From Tubiluchus corallicola (taxonomy: Eukaryota > Animalia > Priapulida), in NCBI GenBank assembly GCA_030141605.1, contig JAQGDQ010000727.1:1-64000 (forward strand): a DNA stretch of 64,000 bases, read 5' to 3'. Shown in pieces: positions 45,104 through 56,423 of this stretch. Position 1 is the first letter of the stretch. Every line of letters begins with the position of its first letter. The notes beneath the pieces are model-generated. The model did no database searches. It was not told where the DNA came from and saw only the letters and a list, made by a program, of their open reading frames with translations. The translations under genes were made by a program, and so were the position numbers.

Positions 45104-46321
45104 ATGGAGGCACTATATATCATTATAGGAGCAATTGCAGGAGCAAGTATTATTTACTTACTTAAAGAGAAGCAACTTGCTATTCAAAAAAAAGAAAATC
45201 AACACCTTAAAGAAAATCACAAAACTTATAAACAAGAACTTCAGCAACAACAGCAAAATCTACAAACACAATTAGAAAACTTCACTAATAAAATACTCGA
45301 AGAAAAAACACAAAAAATTACACAGCAAAACAAAGAAAACATAGACACTATTCTTTTTCCCCTCAAAGAAAAACTTACCAACTTTGAGCAAACAGTAAAA
45401 AATACTCACGAAAAAAACATAGAACATCATACCTCCCTCAAAGAACAAATAAAGCATCTCTCTCAACTCAATCAACAAGTCAGTCAAGAAGCACACAACC
45501 TCACCACAGCTCTCAAAGGCGATAGCAAAACACAAGGTAACTGGGGTGAAATGATATTAGAAAATATTTTAGAAAAATCAGGTCTGCAAAAAGACAGAGA
45601 ATACTTTATACAACAATCACATACCAATGAAAATGGGAAACGACTACAACCTGATGTAATAGTAAAATATCCCGGAGAACGACACGTTATTATAGACTCA
45701 AAAGTATCACTTATAAATTACGAAAAATACAACACTGCCACCAACAACGAAGACAAACAAAACCACCTTAAAAACCATATCAACTCTATAAAAATGCACA
45801 TCAAACAACTTAGTAGCAAAGGCTACGAGAACATACCTACTATTAAGGGCTTAGACTTTGTAATGATGTTCATACCCATAGAACCCGCCTATCTTCTTGC
45901 AATAAATGCTGAATCTGAACTATGGAACTACGCTTATGAAAAACGCATATTACTTATTAGTCCTACTAACCTTATAGCTTCACTAAAAATGATAGTCAGC
46001 CTATGGAAACAAGAACAACAAAGCCAAAACGCAAAAGAGATAGCTGAAAGAGGAGGGAAAATGTATGACCAATTTGTTAGATTTGTAGAAGACCTGATAA
46101 AAATAGGGAAGAAAATAGACGAATCAAAAACCACGTACCAAGATGCTATGAAAAGGTTGCATACAGGAAACGACAACCTTGTAAAACAAACCGAAAAAAT
46201 GAAACAACTTGGGGCAAAAGCAAAAAAACAACTTCCAGAAAATTTATTGAAAAGAACCCAAGAACAAGAAATACAACTACAAAAAAATAAGGAGCTTCAA
46301 AAAAATAAAGCCCCTTATTAA
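45104..46321 (+). CDS. rmuC: DNA recombination protein RmuC
   Basis: QGNWGEMILE, PDVIV, IDSKVSL, DFVMMFIPIE. Confidence 0.95.
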   Translation: MEALYIIIGAIAGASIIYLLKEKQLAIQKKENQHLKENHKTYKQELQQQQQNLQTQLENFTNKILEEKTQKITQQNKENIDTILFPLKEKLTNFEQTVKNTHEKNIEHHTSLKEQIKHLSQLNQQVSQEAHNLTTALKGDSKTQGNWGEMILENILEKSGLQKDREYFIQQSHTNENGKRLQPDVIVKYPGERHVIIDSKVSLINYEKYNTATNNEDKQNHLKNHINSIKMHIKQLSSKGYENIPTIKGLDFVMMFIPIEPAYLLAINAESELWNYAYEKRILLISPTNLIASLKMIVSLWKQEQQSQNAKEIAERGGKMYDQFVRFVEDLIKIGKKIDESKTTYQDAMKRLHTGNDNLVKQTEKMKQLGAKAKKQLPENLLKRTQEQEIQLQKNKELQKNKAPY

Positions 46322-46339
46322 AATACAGTTTAAAATGCT

Positions 46340-46819
46340 TTATTTCTTCTCGTCAGAATCTCCTAACAAAGGAATCTCCTCTGCCAGTTGAGCATCAACA
46401 GTTACTCTTATTTTATTCTCAAGCTGAAAGAAACGCAAAGTTTTTTGTGGTGACAGTACTTTTTGAAACTTTTTAGTATATGTATTATCTATCTTTGCTA
46501 AATCAACTCTTACCTTTGCTAAATCAGCTAGAATTTCTTTAGCTTTCTCACTGGTCATATTTTCAAAACCATCAGCAAAGCTAACATAAGACTTTATACG
46601 TTTGTTATTTACCTCCGTCACTTTACCCATATACTCGTTATACAAAGTCCAAAAAGGCTCGCTTTCTTCTTGAGTTAATTCCATAGACTCAGTTATCAAA
46701 GCCTTTTTCTCTGTATGAAAAGTAGACCTTACTATCTCAAAGTAATCATTTGCCTGCTGCGAAAAAGAAAACCCAGAAAAACCAACAAACAAAATAACTA
46801 ACAAAACAATTTTTTTCAT
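46340..46819 (-). CDS. Secreted helical protein (Spy/CpxP-like), function unknown
   Basis: Signal peptide; LTQEESEPFWTLYNEY, LSPQK. Confidence 0.6.
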   Translation of the reverse strand: MKKIVLLVILFVGFSGFSFSQQANDYFEIVRSTFHTEKKALITESMELTQEESEPFWTLYNEYMGKVTEVNNKRIKSYVSFADGFENMTSEKAKEILADLAKVRVDLAKIDNTYTKKFQKVLSPQKTLRFFQLENKIRVTVDAQLAEEIPLLGDSDEKK

Positions 46820-46878
46820 AATATATAATTTAAATTAAACACTAAATTAACAGCAAAAGTAAAAATTATTTTACAATT

Positions 46879-48402
46879 TTAATCTTTAAACACTCCATCT
46901 TGAACCTCTACGTCACCCACATTCCACACCCAGTGTTTTATCAAGTCGGGAAATGCTTCTGATTTAAAAATAGAAGTCCCCTTTAAGACTCTAAAACATT
47001 CTTGAACACCTTCTGTAATACTTGGGTGTGGGTATAAAGTTTTCATAATTTCCTCCAACCCATTACCTTCATTAATTAAATGAGCAATACCCACAATAAA
47101 AGATGATGCGTGAGGTCCAGAAGCTCTAACTCCAAGTAATCTTTCATCTTCCGAATTACTCACCAACACTTTTACAAAGCCTCGTGTATTTCTCATCGCA
47201 ATAGTTCTATTCACCATTGCATTAGAGTACACAGCAGCTTTATATGAAATACCTTTACTTTGGAGCATCTTCTCGTTCATACCAACAGAAGCTACAGCAG
47301 GGCGAAAAAACATCAAAGCAGGCATATTAGAATAGTCTATAGGAGGCGCTTCTCCATTATAAATACCCTCAATCACATATCTCCCTTGCTGCTCTGCCAC
47401 ACTATACAACTGAGAATTACCTGTAACATCACCTACTGCAAATATATTACACTCTTCGGGGTGACCTGCATTACAAGTATCATTAATATTCAAAAAACCA
47501 TTGGGTAGAGGTTTTACACCTACATTTTCCAGTCCTAAATCTTCTGTATTAGGCACACGACCAATAGATATCAAGGCTACATCCACCTCTATCACCTTAC
47601 TATGACCATCCGTATAGTCCAAAATTATTTCTAAGTAATCCTTTTTTTTCCTTATCTCACGCAACAAGGCCTTTCTATGGATAGTAACACCATTCCCCTC
47701 TAAGCCCTGTGAAACAAAGCTACTTATATCAGCGTCTTCATAGGGAATCACTCTATGATAACGGTCTAGTAAATGTACTTCTGTTTGTTTAAAATTAGAA
47801 AAGATAGTGGCAAACTCACAGCCAATAATTCCAGAGCCAATTATCACCATACGTTCTGGGAACTTCCTAAGATTAAGGATGCCCTCTGAGGTAAGTATAC
47901 GTTCTTCATCTATCTCTAAATCAGGCAACAGTCTAGGCTTAGACCCCGTAGCAATAATAAAAGAATCAGCACTTATCACCTCTTCTCCTTCTTCCGAAAT
48001 AATTACTACCTTTTCCCTACTTAGAAATTTAGCCTTACCATATTTTAATGTAATATTTCCAGCTTCTTTTTTCTTTTTAGAGAAGGTTTCAATCTGCGAA
48101 AGCATTTGATACTGTTTATCTTTTGCCGCTTGTATCACAGCCTTTCTCACCTCATTATAATCAACTGTTAGTCCTGATGCTCTATATCCTCTCGACACAT
48201 TAGCCGCCACTGCATAATCCTGTGAGAGTTCCCACATCGTTTTTGAAGTCAAAGCCCCATTCATTACACCAGCACCCCCAATATGCTTAGCTTCAATAAT
48301 GCAAACATCTTGTCCAAAATCAATTGCTCGCATCGCTGCAGCAAATCCGCCTGGCCCACTTCCAATTACTACAACATTATACTTTTCCATCAATAACCCC
48401 AT
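46879..48402 (-). CDS. Pyridine nucleotide-disulfide oxidoreductase family flavoprotein (LPD/transhydrogenase-like)
   Basis: IGSGPGG, IATGS, IGSGIIGCE, FAVGD, HPSITE. Confidence 0.88.
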   Translation of the reverse strand: MGLLMEKYNVVVIGSGPGGFAAAMRAIDFGQDVCIIEAKHIGGAGVMNGALTSKTMWELSQDYAVAANVSRGYRASGLTVDYNEVRKAVIQAAKDKQYQMLSQIETFSKKKKEAGNITLKYGKAKFLSREKVVIISEEGEEVISADSFIIATGSKPRLLPDLEIDEERILTSEGILNLRKFPERMVIIGSGIIGCEFATIFSNFKQTEVHLLDRYHRVIPYEDADISSFVSQGLEGNGVTIHRKALLREIRKKKDYLEIILDYTDGHSKVIEVDVALISIGRVPNTEDLGLENVGVKPLPNGFLNINDTCNAGHPEECNIFAVGDVTGNSQLYSVAEQQGRYVIEGIYNGEAPPIDYSNMPALMFFRPAVASVGMNEKMLQSKGISYKAAVYSNAMVNRTIAMRNTRGFVKVLVSNSEDERLLGVRASGPHASSFIVGIAHLINEGNGLEEIMKTLYPHPSITEGVQECFRVLKGTSIFKSEAFPDLIKHWVWNVGDVEVQDGVFKD

Positions 48403-48563
48403 ATTTTGATATAATGTAACAAATATAGCATAAAATAAACAATAAATGTTTTACAAAGATAAAACTCTATTAGCCTATTCTCTATATAAGGTAGGGTATT
48501 ATCTTAATTTAAAAACTATTTGATTAACTAATCTCACAAACTCCCATTATAAAAGAAATACCT

Positions 48564-48571
48564 ACCTTTGT
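48564..48571 (+). promoter_or_regulatory. Bacteroidetes -7 promoter element TAnnTTTG (representative example)
   Basis: tacctttg upstream of smpB. The same motif precedes the MTase (~34829), clc (~36520), the SPOR gene (~44198) and the acyltransferase (~61380), and on the minus strand pyrE, metF, mdh, lepA and the porin. Confidence 0.7.
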
Positions 48572-48588
48572 CTCAAACATAATACGCA

Positions 48589-49056
48589 ATGAAATCAGGA
48601 ATAGATATCAATATTAGAAACAGAAGAGCCAGCTACGAATATGAGCTTTTAGAAAAATTCACGGCAGGCATACAACTTGTAGGTACCGAAATAAAATCTA
48701 TACGAATGGGCAAAGTTAGTCTTGTAGATTCTTTTTGTCTGCTCATCAAAAACGAATTATGGGTCAAAGGTTTACACATTGCTGAGTATTCATTTGCAGG
48801 ACACAACAATCACGAAACTAAAAGGGATAGGAAACTGCTACTCAACAGACAAGAGCTAAAAAGAATAGAAAAAAAGACCAAAGAAAAAGGTTTTACTATT
48901 GTACCCACAAAACTTTTTATCAACAATAAGGGCTATGCAAAATTACAGATAGCTGTGGCACGAGGTAAAAAATTGTATGATAAACGGGAGACTCTCAAAA
49001 GAAAAGATGCCAACATAGAAATGGGTAGAGTGCAAAAGAAGGATTACAACCGTTAG
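48589..49056 (+). CDS. smpB: SsrA-binding protein
   Basis: GIQLVGTEIKSIR, RKLLL, GKKLYDKR. Confidence 0.97.
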   Translation: MKSGIDINIRNRRASYEYELLEKFTAGIQLVGTEIKSIRMGKVSLVDSFCLLIKNELWVKGLHIAEYSFAGHNNHETKRDRKLLLNRQELKRIEKKTKEKGFTIVPTKLFINNKGYAKLQIAVARGKKLYDKRETLKRKDANIEMGRVQKKDYNR

Positions 49057-49215
49057 GATGGCTTTTGCCATTAAACATAGTATACCTAATCTATGAAATA
49101 ACTAAATGTAAAGTCTATCCCCGCTAAGATTTATATATCTCAGAGACAAAAAGCAATACAGCAAAAAAACATAATTAATATTTTCTTTTTTTGGATTAGA
49201 ACCATAAACCAGCAT

Positions 49216-51003
49216 TTAATCCAATTTCAACACTGCTAAAAATGCATTTTGCGGAATAGTAACATTACCTACTTGTTTCATTCTTTTTTTACCCTTCTTT
49301 TGTTTTTCAAGTAGTTTTCTCTTTCGCGATATGTCTCCCCCATAGCATTTTGCAGTAACATCCTTTCTCACAGCCTTTACTGTTTCCCTCGATATTATCT
49401 TCGCTCCTATTGCCCCTTGTATTGCTATATCAAACTGCTGACGAGGTATTAACTCCTTCAGCTTCTCACACATTCTCCGCCCAAAATTATATGAATTGTC
49501 AAAATGCGTAAGCATAGACAAAGCATCTACCTTTTCACCATTCAACAATATATCCAGTTTAATAAGCTTAGAAGCCCTATAACCTATTTGATGATAATCC
49601 AAGGAAGCATATCCTTTAGAAATACTTTTCAACTTATCATAAAAATCAAAAATAATCTCACCCAACGGTAATTCAAAAGTCAATTCTGCACGTTCTGTAG
49701 TCAGGTAAGTCTGTTTTTTCAACTCACCACGCTTCTTCAAACAAAGCGTCATAATAGCACCAATAAAATCAGCCTTAGTAATAATCTGTGCCTGAATATA
49801 AGGCTCTTCTATCCTATCTATGTGTGTAGCCTCTGGCAAATCTGACGAATTATGCACCTCTATCAATTCTTGCTTTTTAGTATATACTTTATAAGACACA
49901 TTGGGCACAGTAGTAATAACGTTCATTCCGAATTCTCTTTCCAATCGCTCCTGTATTATCTCCATATGCAACAGTCCCAAAAAACCACAACGAAAACCAA
50001 AGCCCAAAGCCACTGACGATTCAGGCTCATAAGTTAAAGAAGCATCGTTTAACTGCAATTTTTCAACAGATGCTCTTAAGTCTTCATAATCCTCACTATC
50101 TATTGGATAAATTCCCGCAAACAACATAGGTTTCACATCCTCAAAACCTTCAATAGCCTTCTCGCAAGGGTTTTCTACGTGAGTTATCGTATCCCCTACT
50201 TTCACCTCCTTAGAAGTTTTTATTCCCGAAATAATATACCCTACATCGCCTGTCCTCAAAACATTCTTAGGCTCCATATTTAATCTTAACGTGCCTATAT
50301 CATCTGCAGTATATTCCTTTTTAGTAGCAAAAAACTTTACGTGGTCTCCTTTTCTTATCTCTCCATTCACCACCTTAAAATAAACAATAATACCACGAAA
50401 AGAATTGAATACAGAATCAAAAATAAGTGCCTGAAAAGGTGCGTCCTCATCGCCCTTTGGGCAAGGAACACTTTCTACTACTGCCTCCAATATTTCCTCC
50501 ACACCTTGTCCCGTCCTGCCACTTGCCCTTATAATGCTCTCACGCTCACACCCAATAAGGTCAATGATTTGGTCTTCTATCTCCTCAGGCATCGCACTAT
50601 CCAAATCTATCTTATTAACAATGGGAATAATTTTCAAATCATTCTCAAGAGCCAAATAAAGATTAGAAATTGTTTGAGCCTGCACACCCTGCGTAGCATC
50701 TACAATAAGTAAAGCTCCCTCACAAGCAGCGATAGAGCGTGATACTTCATAAGAAAAATCGACATGTCCCGGTGTATCTATCAGGTTTAAAACATAATTT
50801 TCTCCCTTATACTGATAGTCCATTTGTATAGCATGGCTCTTAATAGTAATACCTCGTTCTCGCTCCAAGTCCATATTATCTAAAACTTGAGCCTGCAGTT
50901 GCTTGCCCGATACTGTCTTTGTGTATTCCAAAAGTCTGTCCGCCAAGGTGCTTTTACCGTGGTCAATATGCGCTATGATACAAAAGTTTCTAATATTCTT
51001 CAT
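49216..51003 (-). CDS. lepA: Elongation factor 4
   Basis: [30 protein letters not shown]. Confidence 0.98.
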   Translation of the reverse strand: MKNIRNFCIIAHIDHGKSTLADRLLEYTKTVSGKQLQAQVLDNMDLERERGITIKSHAIQMDYQYKGENYVLNLIDTPGHVDFSYEVSRSIAACEGALLIVDATQGVQAQTISNLYLALENDLKIIPIVNKIDLDSAMPEEIEDQIIDLIGCERESIIRASGRTGQGVEEILEAVVESVPCPKGDEDAPFQALIFDSVFNSFRGIIVYFKVVNGEIRKGDHVKFFATKKEYTADDIGTLRLNMEPKNVLRTGDVGYIISGIKTSKEVKVGDTITHVENPCEKAIEGFEDVKPMLFAGIYPIDSEDYEDLRASVEKLQLNDASLTYEPESSVALGFGFRCGFLGLLHMEIIQERLEREFGMNVITTVPNVSYKVYTKKQELIEVHNSSDLPEATHIDRIEEPYIQAQIITKADFIGAIMTLCLKKRGELKKQTYLTTERAELTFELPLGEIIFDFYDKLKSISKGYASLDYHQIGYRASKLIKLDILLNGEKVDALSMLTHFDNSYNFGRRMCEKLKELIPRQQFDIAIQGAIGAKIISRETVKAVRKDVTAKCYGGDISRKRKLLEKQKKGKKRMKQVGNVTIPQNAFLAVLKLD

Positions 51004-51064
51004 TTACCTCTACTTTAGGGCAAATATACCACATAATAATGAATTTAGTTGTAGTACACTACAA

Positions 51065-51093
51065 AAAAAGCACTCTATTGTAGAGTGCTTTTT
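51065..51093 (-). terminator. Intrinsic terminator
   Basis: aaaaagcactcta-ttg-tagagtgcttttt, perfect stem. Confidence 0.85.
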
Positions 51094-51113
51094 GGGGGTT
51101 AAAAAAATTAATT

Positions 51114-52853
51114 TTATTTTATTATTTGTTTAAAATCTGCATTATCAAAGTACTGAACAAATTCCATATCTGTTTCGGCTAACTCTTTAAATGAAGAAGC
51201 TCCCTTTACTGCTATTGATAAATTTTTAAGAACACCATTAGTATCATCTTTTCTTGCACTTACTATTGCTTTTAGGTACGATACAATAGGCTCGTTACTT
51301 TCTACTTTATTAAGTATTTTTTCTGCTTCATCATTTTGTCCTAATAACAATTTATTAAGAGCAGCATTAATTAACACCTTAGAACCAAAGTAGCTATCTG
51401 CTGTTTGATAGTCGCCTTTTTTTATTGCAACTAATCCAAGGCTTTCGTTAACTGCATCTCCTGCTCCAGCAGCATTTTTAAGGTATTCTTCTGCTTTCAC
51501 TAAATCTTCTTCTATGATGCTAACTACTGCATAGTTATTTTGAATTATTGGATTGTTAGGAGATATTTTATTTGCTTTATCTAAGTTTGTTTTTGCGTCA
51601 GAAAGGTCGCTTTGAATTATTTCTACAGTTGCTTTGTTGTTATAAGGTCTCCAATCATTAGGAGCTTTAGCCATTGCTTTGTCGTATATTTTTCCTTGAA
51701 CTTTCAAATCATCTACCAATGTAGCAGCGTACAACAGTTCTATAAGCGACAATGCATCTATATCATTTGCTACCAATTGAAGAATTTCTCTGTCCGAACG
51801 ACTAATTTCATCAACATTAACTTGTATTTTAGACCTTCTAAGCAAAGGCAATACTTCTTTTTCTATTTGGGTGTAAGCCGCAGAAATATTTCTTATTTCT
51901 TTTTCTCTTACAGCAGGGTCTTGATACATTGAAAGAACTCTCAAAATCAATTCTTTATCTTGTATATTAGATACTTGCATTAGCTCTTTAAACCCTTCCC
52001 AATCTTCTGCCGTAGTTTTGCTAGATATTGAACCTTCTGCATTTATTTTACCTTTTTTAAGAAGACCTTTTAAATACTTGTCTGCTGAAGCTCCTCTTTT
52101 TTGAGATAACTTATCATTAAAATCATACTCTCCTTCAGGGGAAGCATAAGAAGAGATTGTCACTCCTTTAAAAGTTTGTCTTTCATCTTTTTCAATTTCT
52201 GCCACAAACTTTTTCAAACTTACAACATCTTCCTTTTTTAACTCCGAACTTCTAATTTCTGCTCTATTCACTACATAATGAATATCTGCATCATAAACAG
52301 AAGGCATTACCTTTTCAAACCCGTGTGCTCCCAATGCTGCACTTTCAGTATTTACTACAAGAGTTGAAGTTGCAACAACACCATAAGCCACTAAGGTATC
52401 TATTTGGAAAGGTTGTCCATCATCGCCTAGTACCAATTCTCCTTTATCTTCTCCAGTTATTCTAAAATGCAGCTCTGATTTTCTCATTTGCTCATTGAAA
52501 GGTACCATTCCTTTAAAGGTTACCGTTTTACCCTCCTTATTTGGTATTACAGTATAATTGCCTTGCACCTTCTCTCCTTGATAAGATACTTTATCAAAAG
52601 CTGTTTCTCCTTCTTCATAAGTCAAAACAGGCTCTATATGAACAGTTGTAGTTTTGGCAAAATACTTAGGAGGAAATGACAATTCTACTTGTATCATAAC
52701 TTTGTCTCCATGAACTTCAAGCACTTCAGGCTCTATCTTAATACCTACAGAAGACACATTATCTGCCATCTTTTTTAATCCCCCACAACTTGTTACAACA
52801 AGTAAACAAAGCATAAGGCTGCTATAAGTTAATAACTTAAAACTTTTTTTCAT
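51114..52853 (-). CDS. OmpA-like/TPR lipoprotein conserved in Bacteroidetes
   Basis: Lipobox VTSC, YASPEG..N..LS..R, EDWEGF, TPRs. Confidence 0.8.
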   Translation of the reverse strand: MKKSFKLLTYSSLMLCLLVVTSCGGLKKMADNVSSVGIKIEPEVLEVHGDKVMIQVELSFPPKYFAKTTTVHIEPVLTYEEGETAFDKVSYQGEKVQGNYTVIPNKEGKTVTFKGMVPFNEQMRKSELHFRITGEDKGELVLGDDGQPFQIDTLVAYGVVATSTLVVNTESAALGAHGFEKVMPSVYDADIHYVVNRAEIRSSELKKEDVVSLKKFVAEIEKDERQTFKGVTISSYASPEGEYDFNDKLSQKRGASADKYLKGLLKKGKINAEGSISSKTTAEDWEGFKELMQVSNIQDKELILRVLSMYQDPAVREKEIRNISAAYTQIEKEVLPLLRRSKIQVNVDEISRSDREILQLVANDIDALSLIELLYAATLVDDLKVQGKIYDKAMAKAPNDWRPYNNKATVEIIQSDLSDAKTNLDKANKISPNNPIIQNNYAVVSIIEEDLVKAEEYLKNAAGAGDAVNESLGLVAIKKGDYQTADSYFGSKVLINAALNKLLLGQNDEAEKILNKVESNEPIVSYLKAIVSARKDDTNGVLKNLSIAVKGASSFKELAETDMEFVQYFDNADFKQIIK

Positions 52854-53046
52854 AATTTTTTATTTTAAATTTTAAATGTTAAATTAAATTCTATTACTTA
52901 TTAAGGTGCAAATTTATATTTATAAAAAATAAAAACCAAACTAAATAAAATTTTTTATATAAAATTTATTACTTTTGGACAACTAAAAAAACCAATCTGT
53001 CACTCAAAAGTCTAACTATTTTCTCAATTAAAAACCTTTATTTTAT

Positions 53047-54408
53047 TTGACAGCAATGGTTTTTTTTCGCTTTTCTTTTTTATTTTTCCTTCTTGTAAAT
53101 ATGATAAACTCCCATAGCCAAGAAAAATGGACTTTGGATAGGTGTATCAATTACGCTCTAGAAAATAATCTTGAAGTACTAAAAAGCAAAATAAAAATAG
53201 AAATAGCAACAGAGGAAAACAAACAGTCTAAATACAACTTGTTGCCTGATTTGAGAAGTTCTTCTTTCTATAATTTTGATTTTGGGCGAACATTTGATGT
53301 AGTTTCTCAAAGCTCAATACAAGACAATAGACAAAGTTTGAATCTAAACCTTGAATCCTCAATAGTGCTTTTCAAAGGAGGTGCATATAAAAACGAAATA
53401 AAAAAAGCCAAGTTAAACTTATTGGCAAGCACTCAAAACTTAGAAAAAATAAAAAACGACATTGCCATTATAGTTTGTTCTTATTTTTTAGAAATTTTGT
53501 TCAATCAAGAACTTCTAGAAGTAGCCAAACAACAACTGGAAATTACTCAACAGCAAGTAGAGAGACTCAACGAACTAACCATCGCAGGAACTATTACTAA
53601 GGAGGAACTTCTAAATTTAAAAGCCCAAGAGGCTAATGAGAAATTAAGCATTATCAACTCAAAAAATGCTTTACGCTTGTCTATTCTTAATTTAACTCAA
53701 CTCCTTGACCTTAGAAGCGATGAAGAGTTTGAAATAAGTAACGAGAGATTATTGGTAGAAGAATTTAACCAAATTTTAACAACAGAAGACGACATATATA
53801 AAAAAGCTGTAGACATTTTGCCTGAAATAAAAAGTAAAGAACTGCAAGTATTAAGTATGGAAAGACAATTGGCAATAGAGCGAGCCAAATTCCTACCTAC
53901 CTTATCATTTTCAGGAATAATAGGAACAGGTTACTCTTCGGCATTTTATCTTCGAGATGCCAATAATAACTTTCTCCATTATCCAATAGAAGACCAATTG
54001 CGAGATAACAGAAATCAACTACTAATGTTCTCTTTATCTATTCCCATTTTCAATAAATTTGAAACAAAAAGTAGTGTAAACAAAGCTAAACTATTTTTAG
54101 AAAATGAACGGTTTGAACTGGAAATAGCAAAAAACAAACTTTATAAAGAAATACAAAAAGCACACAATGATGTTACTGCTGCTTTCGGCAAGCATTTAGC
54201 AGTGGAGAAATCCCTTTTATCTGCAAAAGAAGCATTTCGTTATATGAATGAAAAATTTGAAGCAGGCTTAGTCAATTCAATAGACTATGCTATGGCAAAG
54301 AATAAACTCTTTGCTGCTGAAATAAATTGGATTAATTCCAAGTATAATTTTATTTTTAAGTCTAAAATTTTAGACTTCTATAATAGTGGAAAGCTGGAAG
54401 AATTTTAG
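53047..54408 (+). CDS. TolC-family outer membrane efflux protein
   Basis: WTLDRCINYALENN, FLPTLS, LSIPIFN; start uncertain. Confidence 0.9.
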   Translation: MTAMVFFRFSFLFFLLVNMINSHSQEKWTLDRCINYALENNLEVLKSKIKIEIATEENKQSKYNLLPDLRSSSFYNFDFGRTFDVVSQSSIQDNRQSLNLNLESSIVLFKGGAYKNEIKKAKLNLLASTQNLEKIKNDIAIIVCSYFLEILFNQELLEVAKQQLEITQQQVERLNELTIAGTITKEELLNLKAQEANEKLSIINSKNALRLSILNLTQLLDLRSDEEFEISNERLLVEEFNQILTTEDDIYKKAVDILPEIKSKELQVLSMERQLAIERAKFLPTLSFSGIIGTGYSSAFYLRDANNNFLHYPIEDQLRDNRNQLLMFSLSIPIFNKFETKSSVNKAKLFLENERFELEIAKNKLYKEIQKAHNDVTAAFGKHLAVEKSLLSAKEAFRYMNEKFEAGLVNSIDYAMAKNKLFAAEINWINSKYNFIFKSKILDFYNSGKLEEF

Positions 54409-54476
54409 TTCTGAATTTCTAAATAACTTTCAGCAACGATATATCAAAGCAAAAGAACAGTAAAACACTACCTTAC

Positions 54477-55244
54477 TTAGATATAAAGAGATAGTTGCTT
54501 ATATTTATGCATCACCTTCCTAAATTGGACAAGTAGTTGAGGGGTTTTTTCTATAGCATTACCTACCACTATAACATCTGCCCCTGCTTGAAAGATATTA
54601 GCAAGTTGTTCAGGGGTTTTAATACCTCCTCCTACCACAAGTGGATTGTTTATCTGTTGTTTTACAGCTGTTATCATCTCCAAAGATATAGTTTGTTTTG
54701 CCCCACTGCCTGCTTCAAGGTAAGTGAGTTTGTGCCCCAACATTTCACCTGCTAAGGCAGTAGCAGTAGCCAGCTCTATATTATCATTGGGTATAGGCTG
54801 CGTATTACTGACGTATTGCACTGTAGTATGACTGTTTCCTACCAATATATAACTGGTCGAGATAGTTTCCAAATTATATTTTTTAATAAGAGGAGCGGCT
54901 ATTACATGGTTATGTATAAGATACTGAGGGTTTCTACCTGATATAAGTGAGGGGAACAACATAGCATCAGCTTGTGGTGCTAATTGGTAAGTATCCCCTG
55001 GGAATATAATAATGGGTATCTGAGTGTAGGACTTAAGAGTCACAATTATTTCCTCAAAATTAGTGGCTAACAAACTGCCCCCAACAAAAATATAATCCAC
55101 ATTATTTTCCTGTGCTATGGTCACAGTTTTATGCAAGGTAGTAAAAGTGTAATTATTAGGATCTATTAACAAAGCCAGCTGTTTTTTATCTTGTTTAGTG
55201 GCTTTTGTTATTATTTGAAAGATTGTTTTTTTTGTTCTGCCCAT
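54477..55244 (-). CDS. Geranylgeranylglyceryl/heptaprenylglyceryl phosphate synthase (GGGPS/PcrB family)
   Basis: LLIDP, FVGGS, FPG, SLISGRNPQYLI, YLEAGSGA, VGGGIK, VVGN. Confidence 0.9.
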   Translation of the reverse strand: MGRTKKTIFQIITKATKQDKKQLALLIDPNNYTFTTLHKTVTIAQENNVDYIFVGGSLLATNFEEIIVTLKSYTQIPIIIFPGDTYQLAPQADAMLFPSLISGRNPQYLIHNHVIAAPLIKKYNLETISTSYILVGNSHTTVQYVSNTQPIPNDNIELATATALAGEMLGHKLTYLEAGSGAKQTISLEMITAVKQQINNPLVVGGGIKTPEQLANIFQAGADVIVVGNAIEKTPQLLVQFRKVMHKYKQLSLYI

Positions 55245-55858
55245 ACTAATATGTTGTTTTTTATTTTTCGAGAATAGAGTTCAAATTTAGTCTTTTTATT
55301 TTGATATTGCATCTCAGCATAAAAATTTTGGGCTTGCTGAAGTGTAAAAGGAAGTATATATATGTTTCTTTTTAAAGACAATTGCTCATTGCATATTTTA
55401 TACACTGCCTCTTTAGCTGCCCAATAGTAGTGCAAATGTAGTATTGGATTTGCAGCATCTATTTGTTTTATTTCTTCTGGTAATAAAAATCGTTCCATTA
55501 CCTTTTCTACTCTGTCAGATATCTTTTCTATATCTATTCCCACCTCATAAGAAGAATTAAGCATTAGGGCTACTACATCTTTAGAGTGGGTAATACTTAT
55601 ATTTTGAAGTCTACCGCGTATAATAGGTTTCCCGCTTGGAAGATATTCTATATATAGTTTTTCGTTTGCAACAAAATTGGCCAGCATTCTTACGGCTAAG
55701 AACTCTTTTTTTCTTTGCTCACATTTAAACGCACTTAAAAAACTCTCATCATAGTCATTAATTTGAGCCTGTTGGTATAGTCGCTTTAAAGGTTCTGTTA
55801 TTTGCCAAGCGGCAATTTGCGAACCATTGGGAGTAATATATGTGTAAAGTAACGGCAT
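55211..55858 (-). CDS. 4'-phosphopantetheinyl transferase superfamily protein
   Basis: GKP, ISITHS, VGIDIE, WAAKEAVYK. Confidence 0.9.
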   Translation of the reverse strand: MPLLYTYITPNGSQIAAWQITEPLKRLYQQAQINDYDESFLSAFKCEQRKKEFLAVRMLANFVANEKLYIEYLPSGKPIIRGRLQNISITHSKDVVALMLNSSYEVGIDIEKISDRVEKVMERFLLPEEIKQIDAANPILHLHYYWAAKEAVYKICNEQLSLKRNIYILPFTLQQAQNFYAEMQYQNKKTKFELYSRKIKNNILVWAEQKKQSFK

Positions 55859-55862
55859 TGTT

Positions 55863-56423
55863 CTAATTCCATTGCAAGGTGTTAATAAGATGTTGAATAT
55901 CCTTTTCAATATATTGACTTACGGGGGCTGTAGAATCTGCATTGGGCGTACTACTGTAATACAGTGCCCCTCTTATAAAATTTCTGATACTATCCGAAAG
56001 GATAAACTGTATTGGCGAAGCCACATTGCCCTCCACATTATAGACAATGCCATACTTTTTATCTTTTGCATTCTTGTACAATATAGTGTGTATAGCATCT
56101 GCCTTTACCGTATGTCGATAAGTTAAGCTATGTGATTCTTGCAAGTACTCTAATAGTTGATTTTCTATCTGCTCGTAAGTAATATGTATTTTAGCTTTAT
56201 AGTCGGGGTAAATAATATTTATCCAGTACGGGTGTTGATTGTCCTCCTGTATTGTTGCAAGCATAGAATATTCAAATTGATAAGGATATTTCTCGTTACT
56301 AAACTTCTGAAAAACATTTTCCTCTGGCACATATATTCTAAAATAAGCCTTTGACTTTGGCATATAGTTATTTTGGCAAGAGGAGAGCAGTAAAACAATA
56401 AAGATAATAAATGTACACCGCAT
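55863..56423 (-). CDS. gldD: Gliding motility lipoprotein GldD
   Basis: Lipobox LSSC, PKSKAYFRI, GNVASPIQF..DS..FIRGALY. Confidence 0.9.
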   Translation of the reverse strand: MRCTFIIFIVLLLSSCQNNYMPKSKAYFRIYVPEENVFQKFSNEKYPYQFEYSMLATIQEDNQHPYWINIIYPDYKAKIHITYEQIENQLLEYLQESHSLTYRHTVKADAIHTILYKNAKDKKYGIVYNVEGNVASPIQFILSDSIRNFIRGALYYSSTPNADSTAPVSQYIEKDIQHLINTLQWN

